Below are positions 26,297 to 35,780 of a stretch of 64,000 nucleotides of DNA, piece after piece. The notes beneath the pieces were generated by a model. It ran no database searches. It worked only from the letters and a program-made list of their open reading frames with translations, and was not told the DNA's origin. Numbering within the stretch: position 1 is the stretch's first letter; the number at the start of each line of letters is the position of its first letter. The position numbers were made by a program, and so were the translations under genes. Source of the DNA: an uncultured Lachnospiraceae bacterium (GTDB lineage: Bacteria; Bacillota; Clostridia; Oscillospirales; CAG-272); contig CAYOFP010000002.1 of the NCBI GenBank assembly GCA_964403505.1, forward strand, positions 3,660-67,659, written 5' to 3'.

Positions 26297-26950
26297 TTAA
26301 ATAAAAACTATACCGCCGTAGTCCGTGAGGGTAGCGCCCGACAGGGAAACGGGTGTCTTTGCGTGAGAATATATAAACTCCTTTATCGCACCGCTGTCAG
26401 GATGGGCGCTTAAATCCCCGAAAAATAAGACCTCGTTTTCGGTTACGGCGCTGCATCCGCCGATAAAACCGTAATTGTAACCGGGGAGCGCTATCTCTCC
26501 GCCGCAGATCTCCAATACTTCGATCCCGACGTCTTTTGCGGCGACGGCGATCGATGGATCGGCGGTAATGATGGCGTGTTCGTTTACCTTGCAGCATGAG
26601 CATCGGGTGTAGCCCTGCGTCACGTTAATGATCTTCTTTGCGCTGTCTTTTATTCTTGCGCTTGCACTGTCTTCCCGGCAGAATATGCCTTTTGCGGTCT
26701 CGAGTGCATTCAGTGCGATATCATGAGGATATTTCGGTGAAAAATTCTCCTCGGCGGGCAGTACGTCAAAGGCCGTGAATAGTTCTGTGTTTTCATTATA
26801 GTATTGCCTCGGTATGACGATTTTATCATCAAGCGGCAAAATCAGCATATCGGGGTGAGAGGATACCGGTCGGTCGATCGCCGAAAAAGGCGGTAAACGA
26901 CGGACGGTATATCCTCGCTTTTCTATCTCTTTGATAAGAAGATCGGGCAT
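26297..26950 (-). CDS. Conserved hypothetical protein
   Basis: I chose the start at MPDLLIKEIE so that it does not overlap rpmB. No family is confidently recognised. Confidence 0.5.
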   Translation of the reverse strand: MPDLLIKEIEKRGYTVRRLPPFSAIDRPVSSHPDMLILPLDDKIVIPRQYYNENTELFTAFDVLPAEENFSPKYPHDIALNALETAKGIFCREDSASARIKDSAKKIINVTQGYTRCSCCKVNEHAIITADPSIAVAAKDVGIEVLEICGGEIALPGYNYGFIGGCSAVTENEVLFFGDLSAHPDSGAIKEFIYSHAKTPVSLSGATLTDYGGIVFI

Positions 26951-27021
26951 TGCGCAAGATACAAATGCGCACGAAAAAGAGCGATACGAGTCGCTCTTAG
27001 TGACAGAGTTCTGTACGGTTG

Positions 27022-27207
27022 TTATGCCCGTGTTACCTTGCCGGAACGAAGGCAACGAGAACATACGTAAACCGTCTTGTTAGTGCCGTCTACAACAGCT
27101 TTTACCTTTCTGATGTTAGGCTTCCAAGCTCTGTTTGTTTTACGGTTTGAGTGAGAAACTTTAAGACCGAAGGTAACTCCCTTACCGCATACATCACACT
27201 TTGCCAT
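27022..27207 (-). CDS. rpmB: 50S ribosomal protein L28
   Basis: MAKCDVCGKGVTFGLKVSHSNRKTNRAWKPNIRKV is a canonical L28 sequence. GGAGGTG RBS. Confidence 0.95.
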   Translation of the reverse strand: MAKCDVCGKGVTFGLKVSHSNRKTNRAWKPNIRKVKAVVDGTNKTVYVCSRCLRSGKVTRA

Positions 27208-27308
27208 TTTGACACCTCCAATTAATAAATTATAGTAGAAAAATCTGATCTTATTAGACAACGGGAAAATTATATCACAAGTTTTCACAAAATGCAATAG
27301 TAAATTTC

Positions 27309-28007
27309 TTATTTTTCCTCTTTTTCGGCATTTCGTTCGCCTTTTTTTCGGAATTTGAACTTGTTTTCCTCGCCGCGAAAGAGCCTTTTTATGTTTTCAC
27401 GGTGCATAAAAATGATAATGAGTGATATGAGTACGGCGCCGATGTTCCAGATGCCCGTACCCTTCATCATAGACAGAATAACGGGATATAACAGCATACA
27501 CATGACAGAACCGAGCGATATGTACTTATATCCTGCGACTATGATAACGAATATGATAAAGAGGACCAAACACACCGTAGGTGAAAGACACAGGATCGTC
27601 ATAGCGGCGGTGGCGACGCCTTTTCCGCCGTGAAAATGAAAGAAAACAGGGAAGCAGTGACCGATAATGCAGAAAAGTCCTGCGACATATCCGCCGATAA
27701 TACCGTACAGCGTGATCCCGAGCCATACTGCAACAAAGGCCTTTGCCATATCGCCGATAAACGTCATAACAGCTGCGCCTCTGCCATATGTGCGCATCAT
27801 GTTTGTCATGCCGCCGTTGCCCGAGCCGTAGTTTCTGATATCCTCATTGAATTTCTTCTTTGAGATAAGCACGGCAAAGTTGATACTGCCGAGCAGATAA
27901 GAGAAAATTGCCGTAACAACAAGCAGCGCTATTCCGATATACAGCGGCTGGGGGTAGAGAAGACCGTATGTGTGAAAGTAAACAAGACCATTGTAAAAAT
28001 CAACCAT
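27309..28007 (-). CDS. plsY: Glycerol-3-phosphate acyltransferase PlsY
   Basis: Polytopic. Motifs YLLGSINFAV, GSGNGGMTN and FHGGKGVAT. It overlaps the der stop by 8 nt. Confidence 0.9.
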   Translation of the reverse strand: MVDFYNGLVYFHTYGLLYPQPLYIGIALLVVTAIFSYLLGSINFAVLISKKKFNEDIRNYGSGNGGMTNMMRTYGRGAAVMTFIGDMAKAFVAVWLGITLYGIIGGYVAGLFCIIGHCFPVFFHFHGGKGVATAAMTILCLSPTVCLVLFIIFVIIVAGYKYISLGSVMCMLLYPVILSMMKGTGIWNIGAVLISLIIIFMHRENIKRLFRGEENKFKFRKKGERNAEKEEK

Positions 28008-29328
28008 TTTGATCGCCTTTCTGTCTTATAATAATGCGTATGGGCGTACCGTTAAAGCCGAATACCGCACGCAGCTGATTCTCGATATATCTTTGATAGG
28101 AAAAGTGAAAAAGCTCCGCATCATTGCAGAATATGACAAAGGACGGCGGTTTTATGCCTGTCTGCGTCATATAGTATATCTTTAGGCGCTTGCCCTTATC
28201 GGACGGCGGCTGGACTCTGGCGATCGCATCGGCGAGAACGTCGTTTAACATGCCGGTGGTCGCACGCATCGCTGCCTGGTTTGCGACATAGTTGATATGT
28301 TCATACAGCTTGCCGACTCTCTGACCTGTTTTTGCGGAGATGAAGAGCAGGGGAGCGTATGTCATATATCCGAGATGGGTGTAGACATCCTCGGTAAATT
28401 TCTTTGTTGTCGAGTTGTCCTTGTCTATCAGGTCCCATTTGTTTACGACGATGATGGAGGCCTTTCCTGCTTCATGCGCAAGACCTGCGATCTTTTCGTC
28501 CTGCTCGGTTATGCCTTCATTTGCATCGATCATAATGAGGCAGACGTCAGCCCGTTCGACCGCCATTTTGGCACGTAATACCGAGAATTTCTCGATCCTG
28601 TCCTCTACCTTTGACTGACGGCGTATTCCGGCGGTATCGATAAAGACGAATTTGCCGAATTCGTTTTCCACTCTCGTGTCGATGGCGTCCCGTGTCGTGC
28701 CTGCAATGTCCGAGACGATAAGGCGCTCCTCGCCGAGGATTCGGTTGATAATGGAGCTTTTGCCGGCATTCGGCTTGCCGATGACTGCGACCTTGATCGT
28801 GTCGTCGTCATCATCGCCCGTATCATCATCGGGTAAGAGCTCGATCACCCGGTCGAGAAGATCCCCCGATCCCGTTCCGTGAAGTGAGGAGAGTGCGACG
28901 GGGTCGCCTAATCCCAGCTCGTAAAACTCATAGAATTCGGGCGGCAGATTTCCTATATTATCTATCTTGTTGACTGCAAGTACCACAGGCTTGCCTGAAC
29001 GTAAGAGCATACGGCATATGTCATGGTCATCGGCAGTGACGCCGGCATGGATATCCGTCATGAAGACGATGACATCGGCTGTTTCTATTGCGATCTCCGC
29101 CTGGGTGCGTATATGCTTTAATATGATATTGTCGGTTTTCGGCTCGATACCGCCGGTATCGACCAGCATCATTTTCCTGCCCGACCACTCGGTGTCGTAA
29201 TATATGCGGTCACGTGTCACGCCGGGCGTGTCCTCGACGATCGCAATACGCTGTCCCGAGAGCTTATTGAATAGTGTCGATTTGCCGACATTCGGTCTGC
29301 CGACGATCGCAACGATCGGTTTTGCCAT
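28000..29328 (-). CDS. der: Ribosome-biogenesis GTPase Der (EngA)
   Basis: Two GTPase domains (GRPNVGKST and GKPNAGKSS) plus a KH-like C-terminus. Confidence 0.95.
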   Translation of the reverse strand: MAKPIVAIVGRPNVGKSTLFNKLSGQRIAIVEDTPGVTRDRIYYDTEWSGRKMMLVDTGGIEPKTDNIILKHIRTQAEIAIETADVIVFMTDIHAGVTADDHDICRMLLRSGKPVVLAVNKIDNIGNLPPEFYEFYELGLGDPVALSSLHGTGSGDLLDRVIELLPDDDTGDDDDDTIKVAVIGKPNAGKSSIINRILGEERLIVSDIAGTTRDAIDTRVENEFGKFVFIDTAGIRRQSKVEDRIEKFSVLRAKMAVERADVCLIMIDANEGITEQDEKIAGLAHEAGKASIIVVNKWDLIDKDNSTTKKFTEDVYTHLGYMTYAPLLFISAKTGQRVGKLYEHINYVANQAAMRATTGMLNDVLADAIARVQPPSDKGKRLKIYYMTQTGIKPPSFVIFCNDAELFHFSYQRYIENQLRAVFGFNGTPIRIIIRQKGDQNG

Positions 29329-30425
29329 TATGCTTTCTCCAATTCCGTTTCAGCGCATTCGAGCGCCGATAAAATTACCTTATCCATGTCAAAGTACTTG
29401 TACATTCCGAGCCTGCCGCCGAATATGACGTTTTCTTCCTGCTCGGCGAGAGCTTTGTATTTTTCATATAAGGCATTGTTTTTTTCATCATTTACGGGAT
29501 AATACGGCTCATCGCCCTTGTGCCATTCTGCCGGGTACTCTCTCGTTATCACGGTCTTTTGGCTCTTTGTATCCTCGAAATGCCTGTGCTCTATGATCCT
29601 TGTGTACGGTATCTCGTATTCCGTGTAATTTACGACGGCGTTTCCCTGATAGTTGTCGGTATCGAGCGTCTCGCTCTCAAAGTAGAGCGAACGGTATTCG
29701 AGCTCGCCGTAAATATAGCCGTAAAACTCGTCTATCATACCGGTGTATACGACCTTTTTGTATGATACCTTGTCTTTGATCTCCTCGTATGAGCAGTTTA
29801 GTTTAATATCGCATCCATCGAGCATTTTTTCTATGATCGCAGTATATCCGCCGATCGGTATACCCTGATACTTATCGTTAAAATAATTATTGTCGTATGT
29901 GAACCTGACGGGCAGACGCTTAATGATAAATGCCGGCAGCTCGTCCGCTCTTTTTCCCCATTGCTTTTCGGTGTAGCCTTTTACGAGCTTCTCATATATG
30001 TCCGTGCCGACGAGGGAGAGCGCCTGCTCCTCGAGGTTGCAAGGGGAGCTTACCCCTGCGTCTTTTCGCTGTTTTTCGATGATGCGCTTTGCCTCATCGG
30101 GCGTTTTTACGCCCCACATTTTTGAAAATGTATTCATGTTAAACGGCAGATTGTATAGCTCGTCTTTGTATATTGCGACAGGGGAATTCGTGTATCTGTT
30201 GAACTCGGCAAAGCCGCTGATATATTCCCATACACGCTTCTCTGACGTGTGGAAGATGTGTGCGCCGTATTTGTGGACATTAATACCCTCGGTATTCTCG
30301 GTATATATATTTCCTGCGACGTGAGGGCGTTTGTCAATGACAAGGCATTTTTTACCTTGTTTTTTTGCTTCATTTGCAAATACTGCGCCGAAAAGCCCTG
30401 CGCCTACTATCAAATAATCGTACAT
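29328..30425 (-). CDS. glf: UDP-galactopyranose mutase
   Basis: MYDYLIVGAGLFGAVFA FAD-binding fold and GGRLGMYKYFDMD near the C-terminus. Its stop overlaps the der start by 1 nt (TAATG). Confidence 0.9.
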   Translation of the reverse strand: MYDYLIVGAGLFGAVFANEAKKQGKKCLVIDKRPHVAGNIYTENTEGINVHKYGAHIFHTSEKRVWEYISGFAEFNRYTNSPVAIYKDELYNLPFNMNTFSKMWGVKTPDEAKRIIEKQRKDAGVSSPCNLEEQALSLVGTDIYEKLVKGYTEKQWGKRADELPAFIIKRLPVRFTYDNNYFNDKYQGIPIGGYTAIIEKMLDGCDIKLNCSYEEIKDKVSYKKVVYTGMIDEFYGYIYGELEYRSLYFESETLDTDNYQGNAVVNYTEYEIPYTRIIEHRHFEDTKSQKTVITREYPAEWHKGDEPYYPVNDEKNNALYEKYKALAEQEENVIFGGRLGMYKYFDMDKVILSALECAETELEKA

Positions 30426-30426
30426 T

Positions 30427-31728
30427 TTACTCCAATATTGATGCGATGAATTCCGCACCGTCGTTTGAGATGGTCTTTACCCTCACGCCGAGCTTATGTT
30501 CCACATCCGCTACGGTGACGTCGTCTAAAAAGACGTCCTCGCCCGAACGGAGCATGACAGACGGCAGATACAGGGTATCGCCTAACTCCTTGCCCGTTAA
30601 CTGATTTATGAGGTCGCCGCCTGTAATGAGTCCTGCGACGGTTATATTCTCACCGAAAAACGTGTTTTCTATTTCATAAACATTACACGTTAAATTATAG
30701 CATAGTTCGGATAATTTTTCAACAAGCGATGAAATGAAGGGATATGCCGCCTCGCCTGTTGCGACAGAGCAGCGCTTTGTTTTTTTCGTGTCGTATTCGT
30801 CGATATATTCTATTTCACGCATGAATTCGTTTTTCATGGAGGTGATCAGGCCGACGCCGTTCTCTATCTGCGGATAATCCTCATAGTAGTCTTCTTCCGG
30901 CAGGGGCATTCCGCTTTTTATATATAATTCATCACCGCAAAAGAATATTCTGCTGCCATATTTACTTAGACATTCATCGGAAAAATCGGTTACTGCATTG
31001 ATTATCTGTGCACATTCATCCGCGCTGAAAGCCTCGAGGGGATATAGTCCCTTGCGGTGCTTGGTGAGCCCTGCCGGGACGATAGAACAGCTCTCAAGAG
31101 CAGGGAAAAGAGAGGACAGGTCACGCATGGAGCGCAGAAGCTCCTCTCCGTCATTTACGCCTTTGCATAATACGATCTGAGCGTGTATCTTTATGCCCGA
31201 GTCGGCAAAGGCATGCAGGATATCCATTATTTTTCCTGCATTTTTATTTTTCATCATGGAACAGCGAAGCTCGGGATTGGTCGTGTGTACCGAGACATTC
31301 ATGGGGGAGAGCTTCATCTCGCATATTCGTTCTATCTCCCTGTCCGATAGATTTGTGAGGGTGATATAGTTGCCCTGCAAAAACGAAAGCCGTGAATCGT
31401 CATCTTTAAAATACAGCGTGTCTCTCATACCGTGGGGGAGCTGGTCGATAAAGCAGAAGATGCACTTGTTGCGGCAGGAGTGCTTATCGTCCATTAAAAA
31501 CGTCTCAAAGTCGAGGCCGATATCGGCGTATTCCTCTTTTTTTATGGTAACGTCAAAAAGCTCGGCGCCTCTGTGTATCTTTATCCTGACCTTTTTTTCC
31601 GTCAGATAAAAGCGATAGTCGAGAACGTCGTTTATCTCCTTATCGTTTATGGATATTATATAGTCGTCGGGCAGAATGCCGGCTTTTGCGGCAGGAGAGC
31701 CCTTTGTGACGTTTGTTACCTTTACCAT
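30427..31728 (-). CDS. DUF512-type protein (N-terminal PDZ-like plus radical-SAM-like core)
   Basis: PDZ-like N-terminus (VTKGSPAAKAGILPDDYIISIND) and a CRNKCIFCF cysteine motif. The start at MVKVTNV avoids overlap with rpmF. Confidence 0.75.
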   Translation of the reverse strand: MVKVTNVTKGSPAAKAGILPDDYIISINDKEINDVLDYRFYLTEKKVRIKIHRGAELFDVTIKKEEYADIGLDFETFLMDDKHSCRNKCIFCFIDQLPHGMRDTLYFKDDDSRLSFLQGNYITLTNLSDREIERICEMKLSPMNVSVHTTNPELRCSMMKNKNAGKIMDILHAFADSGIKIHAQIVLCKGVNDGEELLRSMRDLSSLFPALESCSIVPAGLTKHRKGLYPLEAFSADECAQIINAVTDFSDECLSKYGSRIFFCGDELYIKSGMPLPEEDYYEDYPQIENGVGLITSMKNEFMREIEYIDEYDTKKTKRCSVATGEAAYPFISSLVEKLSELCYNLTCNVYEIENTFFGENITVAGLITGGDLINQLTGKELGDTLYLPSVMLRSGEDVFLDDVTVADVEHKLGVRVKTISNDGAEFIASILE

Positions 31729-31786
31729 AGTCCCTCCGAAAATAATAAAGGCGTATGTCCGACGACATACGCCCCGAAAAGCATTT

Positions 31787-31969
31787 TTACGCTTCCTTCT
31801 TGACAATTTCCTTGCCGTCGTAGTATCCGCATTCGCTGCATACTCTGTGGCCGAGGTTATATGCGCCGCACTTCGGGCATTTTGCCATTGAGGGAGCTGT
31901 CAACTTCCATACGTTAGAACGTCTCTTGTCTCTTCTTGCTTTGGAAACTTTTCTCTTCGGTACTGCCAT
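31787..31969 (-). CDS. rpmF: 50S ribosomal protein L32
   Basis: MAVPKRKVSKARRDKRRS N-terminus and a CPKCG..CSECG zinc ribbon. Confidence 0.95.
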   Translation of the reverse strand: MAVPKRKVSKARRDKRRSNVWKLTAPSMAKCPKCGAYNLGHRVCSECGYYDGKEIVKKEA

Positions 31970-32000
31970 TTTGAGTTACCTCCTTAAAATATATAAACCT

Positions 32001-32504
32001 TTAATTTTCTTCTTCAAATAATTTTGCCAGCGGCGCTAAACGGGGGTCGATCTCTTTTTTTACGCAGGAGCACGAGCCTTCGTTCAGGTTTTTGCCGCAT
32101 TTAGGGCACAATCCCTTACAGTTTTCGTCGCAAAGGAATTTCGTCGGGAAATCTAACAGTATCTCTTCGATTAGTGGAATGTCGATATCAACTGTGTTAT
32201 TGTTCACCCTGACGTAATCGTCGTTATCCTCGTCATATCCTGTACCGTCAGTCGAGACTGTTCTGCCAAAGTCTGTCGCAAAGCTGCCGGCAACGGGGGA
32301 TAAACACCGTGCGCACTCTGTCTCATAATCGAGCACAGCGTGAATGGCAAGGTCTATACAGCCTGCCGTATCGGTGACCTCACCCGTGACACTGATTGGT
32401 TTCGGGAAAACCACACCGGGTATGATTCGGTCGCATGGGAGGGAATACTCGAAATTGATTTTTTTCTTTGATCCGTTCAGCACGGAACTTAAATCAATCT
32501 TCAT
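32001..32504 (-). CDS. YceD family (DUF177) protein
   Basis: C-terminal CxxxCKGLCPKCGKNLN motif, and the conserved position upstream of rpmF. Confidence 0.85.
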   Translation of the reverse strand: MKIDLSSVLNGSKKKINFEYSLPCDRIIPGVVFPKPISVTGEVTDTAGCIDLAIHAVLDYETECARCLSPVAGSFATDFGRTVSTDGTGYDEDNDDYVRVNNNTVDIDIPLIEEILLDFPTKFLCDENCKGLCPKCGKNLNEGSCSCVKKEIDPRLAPLAKLFEEEN

Positions 32505-32610
32505 GCATATTCTCCTTTATATCCTATGCTTATACATAACAACGCAATGTATATTATACAAATTGAAGTTCTTTTTGTCAAGCGTTTTTCGGAAATTTAT
32601 TATTGTTTTC

Positions 32611-32811
32611 TCACTTCTTGAACATTTTGTCAAATCTTTTTTGTATTTCTTTTTTATCCGCTTTTTTGCGTATATATCTGCCGTCCTCGCATAGGAGGGT
32701 GTCGGACTCCCGCACGCCCTCCGGGAGTATAGATAACGGGATATTCGTGATATTTCCGTTTTCGTCGATACAGACGGCGATTCCTTCTTCTATTCTGTCT
32801 ACTGTCAGCAT
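32611..32811 (-). CDS. DUF3006-like small protein
   Basis: MLTVDRIEEGIAVCIDENGN..LPEGVRESD pattern. I chose the start just downstream of the preceding stop. Confidence 0.5.
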   Translation of the reverse strand: MLTVDRIEEGIAVCIDENGNITNIPLSILPEGVRESDTLLCEDGRYIRKKADKKEIQKRFDKMFKK

Positions 32812-32815
32812 TTTA

Positions 32816-33592
32816 TTAAAATATCCATTCATAAACGATTGCATAGATCTCTCGGACATAGTAGGGAGGCATAAGGGTGAGTTCGGTTTTGCCGGGGACT
32901 GAGTAAGCCGTGATGCCCAAATCCTTTGCGACGAGCGATGCACGGTATTCGTGGAAATCATTTGTCGCTATTGCGCAGACTTCATTTAGAGAATTTTCCC
33001 TGATGATCTCCATTGAAAACTCGAGATTTTCTCTTGTCGATGTGGATCTGTCCTCTTTGTATATGCGGCTCTTGTCGATTCCTTTATCGACGAGGTATCT
33101 GTACATGCATTCGGCTTCGGAGATGCCCTCGTCAGGACCTTTGCCGCCTGAGACGACACATTTTGCGTCCGGATTTTCCGATAGATAGGCGTATGCCGCC
33201 GTAAGGCGTTCGCCGAGCATCCTGCTCGGCCGCTCGCCGTTGACCTTGCAACCTAAAACTATGAGGGTCGCATCCTCGCCCGGGCGGTTTTCGGCGGCGG
33301 TAATCATACAGGCGGTCGCAATGACGGAAACGCCGAGCGCTATACCTAAAATAAAGCACACAAATGCGAGTGCGGCTTTGCCGAGATTATTTTTACATAT
33401 ATTTTTAATTGTGAGCGTGAATTTTTCGAAATACAGTCCGATGAAAAGGATTCCGCCGAAGAGCAGTATTCCTGTTACAGAGCCTATGTTGATGATTCTT
33501 TTTGTCACTACAGGTGCGAGAAACCATACGATAAATACCGCACCGATCAATATGAGCAGTCCTCTTAAAATTTTGTTTTTCATTTTTCTCAT
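32816..33592 (-). CDS. YdcF/DUF218 family membrane-anchored protein
   Basis: N-terminal TM helices followed by a DUF218-like domain (LIVLGCKVNGERPS..VVSGGKG..ST..N). Confidence 0.75.
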   Translation of the reverse strand: MRKMKNKILRGLLILIGAVFIVWFLAPVVTKRIINIGSVTGILLFGGILFIGLYFEKFTLTIKNICKNNLGKAALAFVCFILGIALGVSVIATACMITAAENRPGEDATLIVLGCKVNGERPSRMLGERLTAAYAYLSENPDAKCVVSGGKGPDEGISEAECMYRYLVDKGIDKSRIYKEDRSTSTRENLEFSMEIIRENSLNEVCAIATNDFHEYRASLVAKDLGITAYSVPGKTELTLMPPYYVREIYAIVYEWIF

Positions 33593-33599
33593 TCCTTTT

Positions 33600-34238
33600 T
33601 TACATTCCGAGGTCTTTGCCTATAAGAATTACTTTTATTCTGAGCGCAGGTCTGCACAGGCGTGTGCGTACGATCTGCGCACAGATGCTGTCCTCACACA
33701 GACAGTCTGCGCATTTTCCCGTGAGGTAGCATGGGCGTCCATCTGACGGAAACCGCTGTGAATTCATGGGTGCGGCGGTGTTCCTCGCACGCAGCATGGC
33801 GCTTTCGATATCGGGGCAGACCTTGTTCATACCGGCGATGACCACGACGTTTTTCGGTCCGTAGATCAGCGCCGCCACTCGGTTGCCGTTTCCGTCGATA
33901 TTGATAAGCTGACCGTCGGCTGAGATCGCATTTGCGCTCATGATGTATGTGCCGCAGGAAAAGGCCGAGCGCATGATCTCTTCTCTCTCCTCTGGCGTTT
34001 TTGCACTTGCACGGTCTATCATTTTGTTTCCACGCTCCCGAAGAGCTTCTCTTAACCCTATCTCGTCTACGGTGAGCGAGCCGCCCCATGAGACGCTGTC
34101 TTCCGTGGGTATGATATCGAGCGCAGTTTTCAGCGCCTCTTCCTTCGTTTTGCAGTAATAAGCGTCAAAATGCCGCTTTTTCAGGGCTTTGACGAGCGCC
34201 TCGCCTGCTTTATTATACATTTCGTTTTTGTATTCCAT
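33600..34238 (-). CDS. LUD-domain (lactate-utilisation YkgG-like) protein
   Basis: 212 aa with a LUD-type pattern (GTYIMSANAISADGQLINIDGNGNRVAA) and a Cys-rich C-terminus. Confidence 0.65.
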   Translation of the reverse strand: MEYKNEMYNKAGEALVKALKKRHFDAYYCKTKEEALKTALDIIPTEDSVSWGGSLTVDEIGLREALRERGNKMIDRASAKTPEEREEIMRSAFSCGTYIMSANAISADGQLINIDGNGNRVAALIYGPKNVVVIAGMNKVCPDIESAMLRARNTAAPMNSQRFPSDGRPCYLTGKCADCLCEDSICAQIVRTRLCRPALRIKVILIGKDLGM

Positions 34239-34456
34239 ATTAATTCTCCTGTTTATATCAATATTATAACATTATTTTCTGTGCTGTGCAAGTAGTGAGA
34301 CGAGAGGAGAATAAATGTTTTTGGATGTTTAAATTTTTTTAAAAACCATAAGTAAAATCCAATTTTTCGTTGAATAAGTAATCGAGGAGCATTAAAACCG
34401 GCACATAAACCTTATGTCGTATGTTTTTTAATTCGCATACAAATAGGAGGCAGATT

Positions 34457-35104
34457 ATGAAGAAAAGTATTATTTTGATTTTAGCATTGCTTGTGACGAT
34501 AACCCTTGTTTTTAGCGGCTGTGGAGAAAAACAGGTTCACGAAATGTCTTATTCTAAACCTGAGCCCGATTACGAATATCAGTTGTTTTGGTCAGACGAT
34601 GTAGTTTTGGGTGAGGTAATAGAGGAGCTCGAGGGTTTTTATTCAAATCCGGATGGTAAAATTACTGAGTGCGCAAACGCATGGGTCACGCCATATGTTT
34701 TGAAGGTCGAAAAGTCCTATAAAGGTTTATTTCGTGAGGGAGATACGGTTATCCTAAACACTTGGAACGGAAGTTGTTTGACCCCCGAAGAATATGAAAG
34801 TCTCGACGAAAGAGACCGCAAAGGCGAATTTTATCTGCATGAAGGACAGTGCGGCGTTTTCGTGATAGAAGAGACGCTTTATATTACATCAGCAGACGGT
34901 GAAACAATGTATAATATGGTTCAGGGCGAGGAAAGTGTGTTTGAGCCGAAGGAAAAAGGGACAGCTTTGATGAACGAAGAAGCAAAGCAGGTTTACGCTT
35001 CGCCGAGTCTCGAAATGACGCTTGACCGATTACCTGACGATATTAAAACGGTAGAAGATAAATATAAGGATATAGACAAAACCCGCTCATCCGACGATAT
35101 ATAA
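34457..35104 (+). CDS. Putative lipoprotein
   Basis: MKKSIILILALLVTITLVFSGC signal peptide with a lipobox. The ATG at 34457 follows AGGAGG. GC content is lower than in neighbouring genes. Confidence 0.65.
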   Translation: MKKSIILILALLVTITLVFSGCGEKQVHEMSYSKPEPDYEYQLFWSDDVVLGEVIEELEGFYSNPDGKITECANAWVTPYVLKVEKSYKGLFREGDTVILNTWNGSCLTPEEYESLDERDRKGEFYLHEGQCGVFVIEETLYITSADGETMYNMVQGEESVFEPKEKGTALMNEEAKQVYASPSLEMTLDRLPDDIKTVEDKYKDIDKTRSSDDI

Positions 35105-35121
35105 ATAGCGTATAAAATAAT

Positions 35122-35161
35122 AAACCGCTGATTCGATTTTACATCGAATCGGCGGTTTTTT
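35122..35161. terminator. Bidirectional rho-independent terminator
   Basis: 16-bp stem AAACCGCTGATTCGAT / ATCGAATCGGCGGTTT with one G-T wobble on the plus strand, followed by T6. Confidence 0.8.
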
Positions 35162-35166
35162 CGGTT

Positions 35167-35362
35167 AAGCATAGGAGAATAATCCGAACCCGATTTTAAC
35201 GGACGGATTTTCGCCTCTGCTTTGTTAAAATACTCGTGAATCCGATAGGATTCACTGCGTTTTGTGCCTCGCACAGACAAAAATATGCTTTGCAATGACG
35301 ACAATCCGAAAAGCGCCGAAATTCTGCTCTTTCAGGCGGGTTCGGATTATTCTCCTATGCTT
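35167..35362. repeat. Perfect 26-bp inverted repeat flanking a 144-bp core
   Basis: AAGCATAGGAGAATAATCCGAACCCG (35167-35192) is the exact reverse complement of 35337-35362. The right arm overlaps the last 8 nt of aroQ, including its stop codon. Confidence 0.9.
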
Positions 35363-35780
35363 TCGTCAGATAGTCGATCGCCTCTGTATATCCGGCAAAT
35401 CCTTTTCCCACGATCGTTTTTTCGGCGTAAAGGGAAACGTATGAGAATTTACGGAATTCATCACGGGTGTTGATATCCGATATATGCACCTCGACCGTCG
35501 GTATTGCGACAGCCTTCAGAGCGTCGAGGATGGCGACGGAGGTGTGCGTATAGGCGGCAGGATTTATGACGATTCCGTCGGTATTGCCGTAGGACGCCTG
35601 TATCTTATCGACGATGTCACCCTCGTGATTCGACTGATAAAATTCCGGCTCGATGTCTTTATCCTCACAGTGCTTTTTTATTAACTCTATGAGGTCGGCA
35701 TATGTATTTTTTCCGTAAATATCCGGCTCTCGCACGCCGAGCATATTGATGTTCGGCCCGTTTATGATAAGTATTTTCAC
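35355..35780 (-). CDS. aroQ: Type II 3-dehydroquinate dehydratase
   Basis: MKILIINGPNINMLGVREPDIYG, plus HEGD and NPAAYTHTSVA motifs. Confidence 0.93.
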   Translation of the reverse strand: MKILIINGPNINMLGVREPDIYGKNTYADLIELIKKHCEDKDIEPEFYQSNHEGDIVDKIQASYGNTDGIVINPAAYTHTSVAILDALKAVAIPTVEVHISDINTRDEFRKFSYVSLYAEKTIVGKGFAGYTEAIDYLTKA

